Positions 1-9,345 of a stretch of 64,000 nucleotides of DNA are shown here, one piece after another (the first letter of the stretch is position 1; every line of letters begins with the position of its first letter). The DNA is from a virus. The notes beneath the pieces are model-generated. The model searched no databases. It worked only from the letters and a program-made list of their open reading frames with translations, and was not told the origin of the DNA. The DNA is taken from positions 96,331 to 160,330 of the IMG/VR virus record IMGVR_UViG_3300025646_005482; one strand, written 5' to 3'. Made by a program: the position numbers and the translations under genes.

Positions 1-81
1 GATTCTATAGCAACCTATGATATCAAGAACTACGGTTTGTGGGTAAATCAAAATACTTTCTATAGTGCTAACGTAGCGTAG
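1..81 (+). CDS. 3' end of upstream gene (partial), probably a baseplate wedge protein (gp7-like by position)
   Basis: Frame 1 is open (DSIATYDIKNYGLWVNQNTFYSANVA) to TAG at 79-81, 8 nt before the gp8 start. Product inferred from synteny only. Confidence 0.45.
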   Translation, partial: DSIATYDIKNYGLWVNQNTFYSANVA

Positions 82-89
82 AGAAAAAC

Positions 90-2333
90 ATGGCCAAGAA
101 ATTAGTACCTTCAGATTTTAAGACACACATTATCAATCAGATCATTGAATCAGTGACTGAACCAGCTAACACTGCATATTACGCTTTCGTTGGCGATCAT
201 GAAACCGTTGCATCATCTGAAGAAGAAATAGTGCAGCCTACTGAAACGTTTAGAAATACAAACACAAATGTTTTCCGCAATATGATTTTTGGCAAAAGAG
301 TTACTGCGCAAGATATTTCTTTTGTGATTAATAGAAACAATTGGATTTCTGGCACTGTATATGAAATGTATGACGATCAAAAGATTGACATACAAGATAC
401 TAATTTTTATGTTCTCGTAGATGAAAATTCATTTAAACATGTATATAAGTGTCTATTTAATAACAACGGTGCGCCAAGTACTGATAGACCTCTATTTAAG
501 AATGCGAAATACGAAGAAGATTTATTTTCGCCTGGTGATGATTATTATGAAACCTCTGATGGTTATCAGTGGAAATATATGTACAGTGTTTCTTCGTCGG
601 TATTTGATAAATTCGCGTCAGAAAAATATATTCCAGTAGTTGCAAATACTGTCGTAGCTAGTAATGCGCAAGAAGGATCGATCGATGTCATCAAAGTAAC
701 TGACGCAGGTAAAAACTATGAGAATCATCTCACTGGTAGATTTGTAAGAGCAGATATCGGTCGTATCACTAGAGCATTGATCCAAAGTGATACTGTAGAA
801 GCTTCTCCCGCGGATTCTACTGGAGCTAGTCATTTTGATATTATTAAAGCAGCTCAATGTTATAGAATTAAACCTACAGTAGATGATAGAGACATGACCA
901 CAAACTTCTATGCAAATACTATTTTGTATTTGACTACTGGTACGGGTGCGGGTCAATATCAGTTCGTTGAAAAGTCTGCTTACGTATCTGAAGTAGGTGG
1001 TGTTGTATTACAATTAGAAAATCAGTTCTCTGTTTTACCAGATGAAACTACTAATTACGAAATTACTCCAGCTGTTATTGTCACCGGCGATGGAGGTCAA
1101 ACAGTAAATGCAGTTGCTCGAGCAATTATTAATGCTAATGCATCGGACAGTGTACATAAAGTAGAGATGTTGAATACAGGAGCAGATTATTCGTTCGCGT
1201 CAGCTGAAGTTTTATCTGGCAACCCAAGATCAGTAAATGGTCAAAGTGTTGTTGTACAACCAGCAAGTGTCAGACCTATTCTTTCTCCACCTGGCGGTCA
1301 CGGAGCAAATACTATTGTAGAATTTGGAGCAAAAAGACTGTCATTCTATATGAAGTTTACTGGTAGCGAGTCTAACCTAGTTGAACCAACAAATACTTTC
1401 GCACAGTTTGGATTAATTAGAGATCCCAAATTTGCTAACGTAGCAATATATACTACCGACACGTCTGGTGAATTTTTGCCTAATGAAACTATAACTCAAT
1501 TTACTAAATTGCCTATCGGTGCAACTGGAAAATTTGTTTCTAATACATCTTTGGGAGCATCTATTCAAGACGTAACCTCAGGCGCAGATGAAAAATATGA
1601 TCAGCACTTTGTTGTAGGTGATTATATTTTCTTAAAAACCGAACCCTTGACTGGTGTTTCTCAATATTTTCTTACCACAGTCGGTGTAGGCAGTACTTCT
1701 AATACTATATCGCTTGCTGCTTCTCCTCCATGGATAACCTCTACAAGCATGTCTACAACAGCATATTATGTACATGTTCAAGGTTCAGCAAAAGTTAAAG
1801 CTACTACTTTACCTTTGCCGGCCGGTGCTACTAGTGGTTTATTATTAAATAACGTTACACCTGAATTCAAAAAAGATCATCAAATTTATGGTAGCTTGAG
1901 TAGAAATATTGCTACAATTCAAGGGATTGATATAAATACTAGAATCGGAGAAGCCGAATCAGATTTTCAGTTTGCCGATTTTAATCAGATGTTGAAGATT
2001 AGTGCTCCAGTTTTGTCAGGAACATTTGTTGAAGATGAAGAAGTTACACAAGGTGCACCAATCACGGCACGTGGTCAACTACATTCTATTGCAACAGCTG
2101 GTGGCGGTTCTACAATCAGCATGACTAATATAACAGGCCAATTTTCTACAGTAGGTACGATAACTGGCTCAACCAGTGGAGCTCAACTCTCTCAAACCGG
2201 ATCAAATGCTATGGATCTTGTATATGGAGATCTTGACCCAAATACTGGTACAATACTTTATCTACAAAACGATATTCCTGTAGATAGGGATGATGATCAA
2301 ACAGAAGAAATAAGAGTAATCTTGGAGTTCTAA
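90..2333 (+). CDS. gp8: Baseplate wedge subunit, T4 gp8-like
   Basis: Motifs VYKCLFNNNGAPST, DGYQWKYMY, PPGGHG and C-terminal EEIRVILEF are typical of marine T4-like gp8; it precedes the VrlC-like gene. Confidence 0.85.
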   Translation: MAKKLVPSDFKTHIINQIIESVTEPANTAYYAFVGDHETVASSEEEIVQPTETFRNTNTNVFRNMIFGKRVTAQDISFVINRNNWISGTVYEMYDDQKIDIQDTNFYVLVDENSFKHVYKCLFNNNGAPSTDRPLFKNAKYEEDLFSPGDDYYETSDGYQWKYMYSVSSSVFDKFASEKYIPVVANTVVASNAQEGSIDVIKVTDAGKNYENHLTGRFVRADIGRITRALIQSDTVEASPADSTGASHFDIIKAAQCYRIKPTVDDRDMTTNFYANTILYLTTGTGAGQYQFVEKSAYVSEVGGVVLQLENQFSVLPDETTNYEITPAVIVTGDGGQTVNAVARAIINANASDSVHKVEMLNTGADYSFASAEVLSGNPRSVNGQSVVVQPASVRPILSPPGGHGANTIVEFGAKRLSFYMKFTGSESNLVEPTNTFAQFGLIRDPKFANVAIYTTDTSGEFLPNETITQFTKLPIGATGKFVSNTSLGASIQDVTSGADEKYDQHFVVGDYIFLKTEPLTGVSQYFLTTVGVGSTSNTISLAASPPWITSTSMSTTAYYVHVQGSAKVKATTLPLPAGATSGLLLNNVTPEFKKDHQIYGSLSRNIATIQGIDINTRIGEAESDFQFADFNQMLKISAPVLSGTFVEDEEVTQGAPITARGQLHSIATAGGGSTISMTNITGQFSTVGTITGSTSGAQLSQTGSNAMDLVYGDLDPNTGTILYLQNDIPVDRDDDQTEEIRVILEF

Positions 2334-2336
2334 GTA

Positions 2337-5300
2337 ATGCCTTTAAACACTAATTTATCATCGGCTCCTTACTTTGACGATTTCGATAGAGACGATAACT
2401 ACTATCGAATTTTGTTCAAACCAGCTACTGCTGTTCAAGTAAGAGAAGTCAACCAGCTTCAGACGCTGTTACAGGATCAAATCGAACAATTCGGTGATCA
2501 TATCCTAAGAGCTGGTACAATCTTAGAAGGATGTACGTTCACTTATTTGAACTCAATGGCATTTGTGAAGATTACTGACAATGCTCTCGATGGAAAAGCT
2601 ATCGACCTAAATGCAATCAACGGTCTGAGCGCCAACGGACAAACATCGGGTAAAATTGGCAGAATTACTCACGTCGAAGATGGATTTGAAAATGATGCTG
2701 CAGGAAATCTAAAAACTCTTTATATCGATTACGACGATGATGACAATAATACAGCTGACAAAGACGAGTTTCAAGCTGGCGAAGAGATTAGAATTTTTGC
2801 ACGTGATGATAGACTGTACGATATCAAGATTGCTAATAATGCTACTGGCGCTCTTGTATTTTCAAATAATGACGTAGTAGTAATTACATCTGCAATCGAA
2901 ATTGCTGGTACGTTTACTGGCTCATCTGCAGATTTCTCAAATACATTCTCTCAAGGAGATACAATTACTGGTACTACAGCCGCTGGTAAAGTTATCGACA
3001 TGGAAGTTTGGTTTGCAGCTAATCCTGCTACAGATTCTACTCAAGATGAAACTCTCATTCTAAGAGTAAAACCAAAAGCCACTAAAATGTCTGGTGCCGC
3101 TATCGATACTGACTCTTGGTCAGTATCTGTCGGCGATGTATTGACTCATACCGAAGGCGGTCAAGAATTCAAGATCGTAAAAATGGTCGGTGAAGGAGCA
3201 AGCGCGCAGATTACGACAACTTCTCAGGGTCAAATGATCGACGCTACTGTTACACGTGGTGGTACAGGATATAGTACTCTGCCGCATATCAGTGTTTATT
3301 CTCAAGGAGCATCTTCAGCACAGTTAAATATCTTGACGATGGAAGCAGAAACATGGGCGATTAGACTTCAAGCAGCCCAAGTTACTGACACTGTAGGTAC
3401 GGGTTTTGGTGTTGAAGTTAGTGATGGCAAGATCTATCAAAAAGGTCTTTTCCTCAACGCCTCTAAACAATTTATCATGGTTGATAAGTATTCGAATACA
3501 CCTTCAGACGTATCAATTGGTTTTGACAGCACAGAAAGTATTGTCAACGTATTTACAGATTCTTCTTTATATGATAATGCGTCAGGCTTCTTGAATGAAG
3601 CAGCACCTGGTGCAGACAGATTAAAAGTTAGTCCTAGTCTTGTTGTGAAGACTGTAGCAGAAGAAAGAGCTGCAGGTAACTTCTTCCCGCTTGTGCGCTT
3701 CTCAGAAGGCAAGCCGTATCAACAGAATAAGTTGACTCAGTACAATAAGCTCGGCGATTTGATCGCACAGCGTACATATGAGGAGTCAGGTAACTATGTA
3801 CTCGATGAATTTAAGGCAGTATCACGCTCGACATTGGACTTTTCTGAATCTAACACGACGTTTAGTTATGTAATCGATCCAGGTCATGCGTATGTTCATG
3901 GTTATAGGGTCAAGACCGAAACAAATTTTGTTAAAGATGTTTCAAAAGGTTTAGTAACCCAGACTGAAACTGGTCTGGGGAGAGATCTTGTATATTCTAA
4001 TTATTTCGAAGTACATGATCTTGCTGGTTCATTTAACTTTAATACTGGCGAAGAGATTAGTTTACGAGATACAGCTGTAAATTACATTACAGACTATGAT
4101 CACGACACAAGTGATGTAACGAGTGCACTTGGCGGAACAGAAATTGGTACAGCTAAGATTCGAAGCATCGATTATGGTATAGGTATCAAAGGTACTAAGA
4201 CTGCTGTATATAAAATTCATGTTTTCGATGTAAGAATGAATCGCGGCAAATCTGTTCGCGATGTAAAATCTATCTATGCAAGTAATGGTGGTGGCGCAGC
4301 ACAAGATGGTATCGCTGACGTTTCTTTGATTTTTGATAACGCTAAAGTATTTCGTGGCTTAGTCAGCACAGGCATTCAAAGTGCTAATGGAACATACGAT
4401 CCTGTTGCTCGTGAAGAAATCGGCCGATTGATTAATCCTGAAGATGACGGTCTCGTACTTCCTTTAAGTGTTGCAGCAAAACAAATCACAAATTACGCAT
4501 ATATTTATCGTACAACACTAGATGGTGCGGCGGTTGCTGCGAATGGTATGATTACTGTACCATGTGAAGGATCTGCTGGTCCGACGGCTAATACTATCTT
4601 CCCATATATCGGTAATCTGACCGACGCTGAAGAAAATGAAATTATCGTAATTCCAAAACAAGATATTGTATCGACTACTACTGTAGGTGGTAGTGGATTT
4701 GATTATGCAAACGTTGCAATCACAGTAACAACGCCAGCAGGTACAGAAGCTAATCACTATGTTTTGACTTCTGGTGGAAGCGAATCGTTCTTGACCGACT
4801 TCAGAGTTGGTGATTGGATTTATGAAGATACATCAGCTGGTACACCAGTAGCACAGATTACAAGTATTGCTGGTCAGAATCAAATGACAGTGCGCACTAG
4901 ATCAGGTGCTTTCGGTGCTGCCCCTGGTTCAGGCAACTATGGCATCTATCGATACTATCCAAAAGATATGCCATTGCCTACCGGTACACGTACAGGCACG
5001 ACTGCGGCTGATGCATATGCATCTGTATCTGCAGATCGTCGTACGATGTATGTGCACACCGGCACAGCGATGTCTACTGCTCATCAATTTGTTGTGTACT
5101 TTAACCAATTGCACAATAATACTAAAGTTAGTCTGACCACGCGTCGTAAGCGCTATGTCAAACTCACCACGGCTGGTCAATGGCCTGTTACCGGTAAGTG
5201 TGTTGGTATTTCGGGTGCTATCCGATTGCATGCTGTTTATAATGGTACTAATGTAGACGGTTCTGGCAATCCTACTGACCCTGATATTACCAGTCAATTC

Positions 5301-8300
5301 GAATTAGATACACATGAAAATGGAAATTACTTTGGTCTTGGTCACCTACTCAAGAGAAATCTTGATAACTCGGTTACACTTTCGCCAACAATCCTAGTCG
5401 AGCTTGATTATATTACAGACGGTTGTGTGCATGGTCTGAAGACAGTCGATTCTTACAATCTAAACGACAGCTTAGAGTTGGCCGATCTGCGTAATAGTTC
5501 TTCTATGCACACATTAGAAATTCCTGAATTTAGAGATAAGAATGATAATTATTATGACTTAAGAGAGTGTGCTGACTTTAGACCATTTGCCGATTTGACA
5601 GCTGCAGATTCGACGACTGTAAGTGGTGCAACTACAGATCCTGCGAGTACAATTTCTTTTGCTAACTATTCTTCTTTCAAATATCCAAAGCCTGAAGGTG
5701 ATTTTACCTACGACATCGAATACTATTTAGGTCGTACAGACGAAATTTCTATAAAAGACGACGGTACATTTGAATTTGAATTAGGTGCTACTGACACTGA
5801 TACAAACAAAGCAAATAAATTGTTGTTGTTCAGATCTGAAGTGCCTCCATATCCTTCTCTTCCGGAAGCCGTATCTTCTGAAATTAAAGATATTTACGAA
5901 AGAAATCTTGTATGTAATGGCACACTCAATCTAAGGATCGCTGAATTTACTACTGTTATTAGTGAAGTAGATCCTCAAGTCAAAACTTATACTATGGCAG
6001 AATTGGCTAGTCTCGAGCGTCGTGTTGAAGCTCTTGAATATATGGCCAATGTTTCAGAACTTGAAAACAGCACGATGGCAAAATCTATTCCGAGTTCTAC
6101 TGACTCTACAGTAGAAAGATTTAAGTTTGGATTCTTTGTCGATAATTTTGAAGATAATTCATTAGCAGATATTGGCGCTGATTATTATGATGCATCTATA
6201 TACGAATACGTATTGCATCCTGATAGAACATCGTTAAATATCGATTATGAAATTTCAACAGCATCTAGTAAGTATAGAGAAGGTGATATTATCACTTTCC
6301 CGCATACACGTAAACTATTATTGTCACAAGAAACGGCAACATACGCTCCGTTCGTAGAAGTGCCTGAAGTACAGATTGTAGAAAACTGCGATTTCGAAAC
6401 TAATAGAAATATGAAAAATGCTGGTGACAGCACGACAGTTTATAGTAAACTACAAAAAGTATGGGAAGAATTTACGTTTGTAGGTGCAAATGAAGACGAT
6501 GGTACTCAGCGATATATCGAACTGAAGTTCTTTAACCCGAATAGAGGCATCATTTACGAAATCATTCAAAGCACTAAGCCTCCTACTCAAAATACTAGTG
6601 AAACTGGTACAACAGTTCATGCACCTACTTCAACAGCAGTGACTGCATTGAGCGCGACTGATGATGCAATTCCGCTTTATCAAAAGTTGTATCCAGTTAA
6701 AAATGCTAGAAATGCAATTTTGCCGTTTGCTACAAATCCATGGTTCCAGACACTGTCCGGTCCACAAAATGTTAGTATTACAGTAACAGGATCTCCGATA
6801 AATTATAAATCTTATCAGGGTGCAGGCAAAATTAAGATTCCATACGATTATACAAAAGGTCGATACATCACCGTACGAGTTCATAAGGGACCAGGCGGCA
6901 ATGTATTCAACTTCGAACTGTGTTATCCTGCGGTTTCTGACGTAGATGCTATCTATGATGCTGGAGCACAGAATGTCAGGACGAGGCCAGCACCTTGTCC
7001 CAAAGGCCAATTCAAGTATGAGCGATGTGTAGGCTCTAACTTGTATGTTTATGGTTGTGATGGTAACTACGGCACTCAAGTGAATAGAATTATTCGTAAT
7101 TCACCTAAGTGTTATATTCCTGTGCCGCCAAAACCGCCAGAGCCTATCAAGAGCTGTCCAAAAGCTGGAACATTTTATCGTTCTACATGCTCAGGTTCAA
7201 CTCAGAAAACTTACACTTATACAGGCGCAAGAGGTGCAGGACCAGGTGGTTGTGTAGTTCGAGTTTCTGATACGGTAATTTGTTCTAGTTCTTGTGGTTG
7301 TAGGCCTAAGCCTCCACCCGTTATTGTCAAGTGTCCTGTAAGGCCACCACCAATTGTACCGCCCGATGACGGCTGTACTGCGACTACTAAGCGTGATTGT
7401 GATATTAAAGTGTCGACTCCGCCACCAGCACCACCTGCTCCACCGCCAGCCCCGCCGAGGCCGCCGGCGCCGCCGGTGACACCACCAGCCCCGCCGAAGC
7501 CGCCAAAGAAAATTTTGACCAGCCCGCCGATTCCAAAGTGGTTGGGACCCAAGATATGTTTCGTTGCTGGTACATTGGTCGATATGGCAGATGGAAGTCA
7601 GAAGCTAATTCAAGATATGCAAGTTGGAGATCTTGTAATGGCAAAAGACGGGCAGCATGACACCGTATCATTTGTACACGATTTAGATGTAGCGTCGCAT
7701 GTACTAGTGAAATACAACAATAGAATTACTTCTACGTCTGGTCATGCTTTCTTGACAACCGATGGATGGAAATCTCTAGATCCTGAAATATCGCGAGAAG
7801 TTTATGACGATATCGATGTAGGTGAGATACAGATAGGTGATCATTTTGTCAAGAGCGATGGCACCACGGAAGAAATAACTTCTATGGATCATTGGGTAGA
7901 AGAGTGTAAAGTCTATAACTTTGTTACTGAAGATACTCATACATATGTTGTAGATGGAGTTGTGACGCATAATAAGCGACCGCCAGTGCGGATTAGTCCG
8001 GCGGGTGGTGGTAAAAAGACGACGGTTACGAAGCCGCCGGTTGTTCCGCCGCCTCCACCTCCTCCTCCGCCGCCTCCGCCCCCGCCGCCGAAGCCGCCGA
8101 AGAAGCCAACATTTGGTGGTGGTTGTGTACACGTAGACAGTTATCTGCCTATGGTTACGGAGCATCAACGACAAGCGTGGCAGATGTTGCCTGGTTCAGC
8201 TATATTATTGAGTTCGGAAGATCTCGAGAATACGGTTGGAACTATCGAGAAAGTACATACTCGACCAGAACCATGTGTCAGACTTGTCACGGAGTCAGGT

Positions 8301-8585
8301 ATCAGTCTCGTATGTTCGCATTCAGCGCCAATTATGACAGAAAGCAAAGATTATCTCGATGCTCCTGAAACATTGGGTGCTAGAGTAGCGGTCATGTCAA
8401 ACGATGAGGCACGCTTCGAAGAAGTTACAGAAGTTGTTGATATGGGTATTCTTGAAGTTAGACCTATCTCCGCCGGAAATCAAAATTTCTGGGCTGGTGA
8501 AAAGGATGGAGAATACATCTTACACCATAACATTTGGTTGAGACATAAAGTTAACTCATCGTTCCCGACGTTAAAGAAGAGGTAA
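2337..8585 (+). CDS. VrlC/DUF4815-like baseplate-associated structural protein, N-terminal part, with Cys-rich and Pro-rich segments and two C-terminal Hint domains
   Basis: N-terminus PYFDDFD..YYRILFKP..VQVREVNQLQ, plus APGADRLK, RTYEESGNY, YTMAEL..LERRVEALEY and RFKFGFFVDNF, which are hallmarks of DUF4815. Confidence 0.85.
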   Translation: MPLNTNLSSAPYFDDFDRDDNYYRILFKPATAVQVREVNQLQTLLQDQIEQFGDHILRAGTILEGCTFTYLNSMAFVKITDNALDGKAIDLNAINGLSANGQTSGKIGRITHVEDGFENDAAGNLKTLYIDYDDDDNNTADKDEFQAGEEIRIFARDDRLYDIKIANNATGALVFSNNDVVVITSAIEIAGTFTGSSADFSNTFSQGDTITGTTAAGKVIDMEVWFAANPATDSTQDETLILRVKPKATKMSGAAIDTDSWSVSVGDVLTHTEGGQEFKIVKMVGEGASAQITTTSQGQMIDATVTRGGTGYSTLPHISVYSQGASSAQLNILTMEAETWAIRLQAAQVTDTVGTGFGVEVSDGKIYQKGLFLNASKQFIMVDKYSNTPSDVSIGFDSTESIVNVFTDSSLYDNASGFLNEAAPGADRLKVSPSLVVKTVAEERAAGNFFPLVRFSEGKPYQQNKLTQYNKLGDLIAQRTYEESGNYVLDEFKAVSRSTLDFSESNTTFSYVIDPGHAYVHGYRVKTETNFVKDVSKGLVTQTETGLGRDLVYSNYFEVHDLAGSFNFNTGEEISLRDTAVNYITDYDHDTSDVTSALGGTEIGTAKIRSIDYGIGIKGTKTAVYKIHVFDVRMNRGKSVRDVKSIYASNGGGAAQDGIADVSLIFDNAKVFRGLVSTGIQSANGTYDPVAREEIGRLINPEDDGLVLPLSVAAKQITNYAYIYRTTLDGAAVAANGMITVPCEGSAGPTANTIFPYIGNLTDAEENEIIVIPKQDIVSTTTVGGSGFDYANVAITVTTPAGTEANHYVLTSGGSESFLTDFRVGDWIYEDTSAGTPVAQITSIAGQNQMTVRTRSGAFGAAPGSGNYGIYRYYPKDMPLPTGTRTGTTAADAYASVSADRRTMYVHTGTAMSTAHQFVVYFNQLHNNTKVSLTTRRKRYVKLTTAGQWPVTGKCVGISGAIRLHAVYNGTNVDGSGNPTDPDITSQFELDTHENGNYFGLGHLLKRNLDNSVTLSPTILVELDYITDGCVHGLKTVDSYNLNDSLELADLRNSSSMHTLEIPEFRDKNDNYYDLRECADFRPFADLTAADSTTVSGATTDPASTISFANYSSFKYPKPEGDFTYDIEYYLGRTDEISIKDDGTFEFELGATDTDTNKANKLLLFRSEVPPYPSLPEAVSSEIKDIYERNLVCNGTLNLRIAEFTTVISEVDPQVKTYTMAELASLERRVEALEYMANVSELENSTMAKSIPSSTDSTVERFKFGFFVDNFEDNSLADIGADYYDASIYEYVLHPDRTSLNIDYEISTASSKYREGDIITFPHTRKLLLSQETATYAPFVEVPEVQIVENCDFETNRNMKNAGDSTTVYSKLQKVWEEFTFVGANEDDGTQRYIELKFFNPNRGIIYEIIQSTKPPTQNTSETGTTVHAPTSTAVTALSATDDAIPLYQKLYPVKNARNAILPFATNPWFQTLSGPQNVSITVTGSPINYKSYQGAGKIKIPYDYTKGRYITVRVHKGPGGNVFNFELCYPAVSDVDAIYDAGAQNVRTRPAPCPKGQFKYERCVGSNLYVYGCDGNYGTQVNRIIRNSPKCYIPVPPKPPEPIKSCPKAGTFYRSTCSGSTQKTYTYTGARGAGPGGCVVRVSDTVICSSSCGCRPKPPPVIVKCPVRPPPIVPPDDGCTATTKRDCDIKVSTPPPAPPAPPPAPPRPPAPPVTPPAPPKPPKKILTSPPIPKWLGPKICFVAGTLVDMADGSQKLIQDMQVGDLVMAKDGQHDTVSFVHDLDVASHVLVKYNNRITSTSGHAFLTTDGWKSLDPEISREVYDDIDVGEIQIGDHFVKSDGTTEEITSMDHWVEECKVYNFVTEDTHTYVVDGVVTHNKRPPVRISPAGGGKKTTVTKPPVVPPPPPPPPPPPPPPPKPPKKPTFGGGCVHVDSYLPMVTEHQRQAWQMLPGSAILLSSEDLENTVGTIEKVHTRPEPCVRLVTESGISLVCSHSAPIMTESKDYLDAPETLGARVAVMSNDEARFEEVTEVVDMGILEVRPISAGNQNFWAGEKDGEYILHHNIWLRHKVNSSFPTLKKR
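7419..7535 (+). repeat. GC-rich poly-proline linker before Hint 1
   Basis: CCG/CCA-rich run encoding PPPAPPAPPPAPPRPPAPPVTPPAPPKPPKK. Confidence 0.85.
7557..7973 (+). other. Hint (intein-like) domain 1, 139 aa
   Basis: Starts CFVAGTLVDMADG..IQDMQVGDLV, has a block-B-like TSGHAF and ends VYNF..THTYVVDGVVTHN. The +1 residue is Lys. Confidence 0.9.
8031..8109 (+). repeat. GC-rich poly-proline linker before Hint 2
   Basis: Encodes KPPVVP, a long poly-Pro run, then KPPKKP. Confidence 0.85.
8124..8531 (+). other. Hint (intein-like) domain 2, 136 aa, divergent
   Basis: Starts GGG|CVHVDSYL, has VRLVTESGISLVCSHSAPI and ends VRPISAGNQNFWAG..YILHHN. The +1 residue is Ile. Confidence 0.8.
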
Positions 8586-8591
8586 GATTAA

Positions 8592-9224
8592 ATGGCAGCA
8601 CATGAAAGAGCCAATGAATCGTTTGGATATCGAGAGCACTTATATTATAATGGAGTAATTAAGAGCACTCGATATCCTATTAATGATTCATTATCTAGTG
8701 GAGCAAAGACCATACTGACGGATAATTTTCCTGCTTACGCTAGCTGGATTGCTAAATATAATCATAATGTCATTGGCAGTAATGTAGCTTGGCGTGAACC
8801 ATACGGCAGCGGCACAATGGTTACTTTGTATGTCACTGAGCAACCTATTGATTCATTGAAAACTGAATGGTCAGTCGACACGAATTTGGATTGTTGCACT
8901 TGGTTCGGATTTAAATTTATGTTGACTGATAATTCAGTTCAGCTAAAAGTTCCATTTTATGATCCTGACGGTTATTACACACAACCATCATTTCCAGTAA
9001 CACCAGCACACTTTGCTAATGTGTATAGTACAAGCGGTTTATGGGGAAAAAGGGAAGCATTTTTCTGGGAAGGTGGTTATCAGACAATTACTAATTATTG
9101 TAATACACATGGTCTATCAAAACCATGGGGAAGTAACACGAGTTTAAGATTTAGACAGTGGTCTGTAGTTTATGATTCAGAAACACTTGTGCCAGAAATG
9201 GTAAAAATGTATGTCTACGAATAA
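8592..9224 (+). CDS. Hypothetical protein (aromatic-rich, 210 aa)
   Basis: Closely spaced ORF after the Hint-bearing gene; no recognisable motif. Confidence 0.7.
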   Translation: MAAHERANESFGYREHLYYNGVIKSTRYPINDSLSSGAKTILTDNFPAYASWIAKYNHNVIGSNVAWREPYGSGTMVTLYVTEQPIDSLKTEWSVDTNLDCCTWFGFKFMLTDNSVQLKVPFYDPDGYYTQPSFPVTPAHFANVYSTSGLWGKREAFFWEGGYQTITNYCNTHGLSKPWGSNTSLRFRQWSVVYDSETLVPEMVKMYVYE

Positions 9225-9345
9225 AGAAATTAAATTTTTACATGATGTAAAAAAGATTAATGAAAAATTCTGGGCAGCGGTAGAAAGAGAAAAAAAGATA
9301 CGTCAATATAACGTTGATAAGAAGATAGGTAAAGTCAATGGCTAG
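9211..9345 (+). CDS. Small basic hypothetical protein (44 aa), not in the ORF track
   Basis: ATG at 9211, MSTNKEIKFLHDVKKINEKFWAAVEREKKIRQYNVDKKIGKVNG, TAG at 9343-9345. It fills the gap and overlaps both neighbours. Confidence 0.5.
   Translation: MSTNKEIKFLHDVKKINEKFWAAVEREKKIRQYNVDKKIGKVNG

Noticed and set aside
7557-8531. Hint domains as canonical mobile inteins
   Set aside because: No +1 Cys/Ser/Thr, no homing endonuclease, and they sit in low-complexity linkers rather than conserved enzyme motifs.
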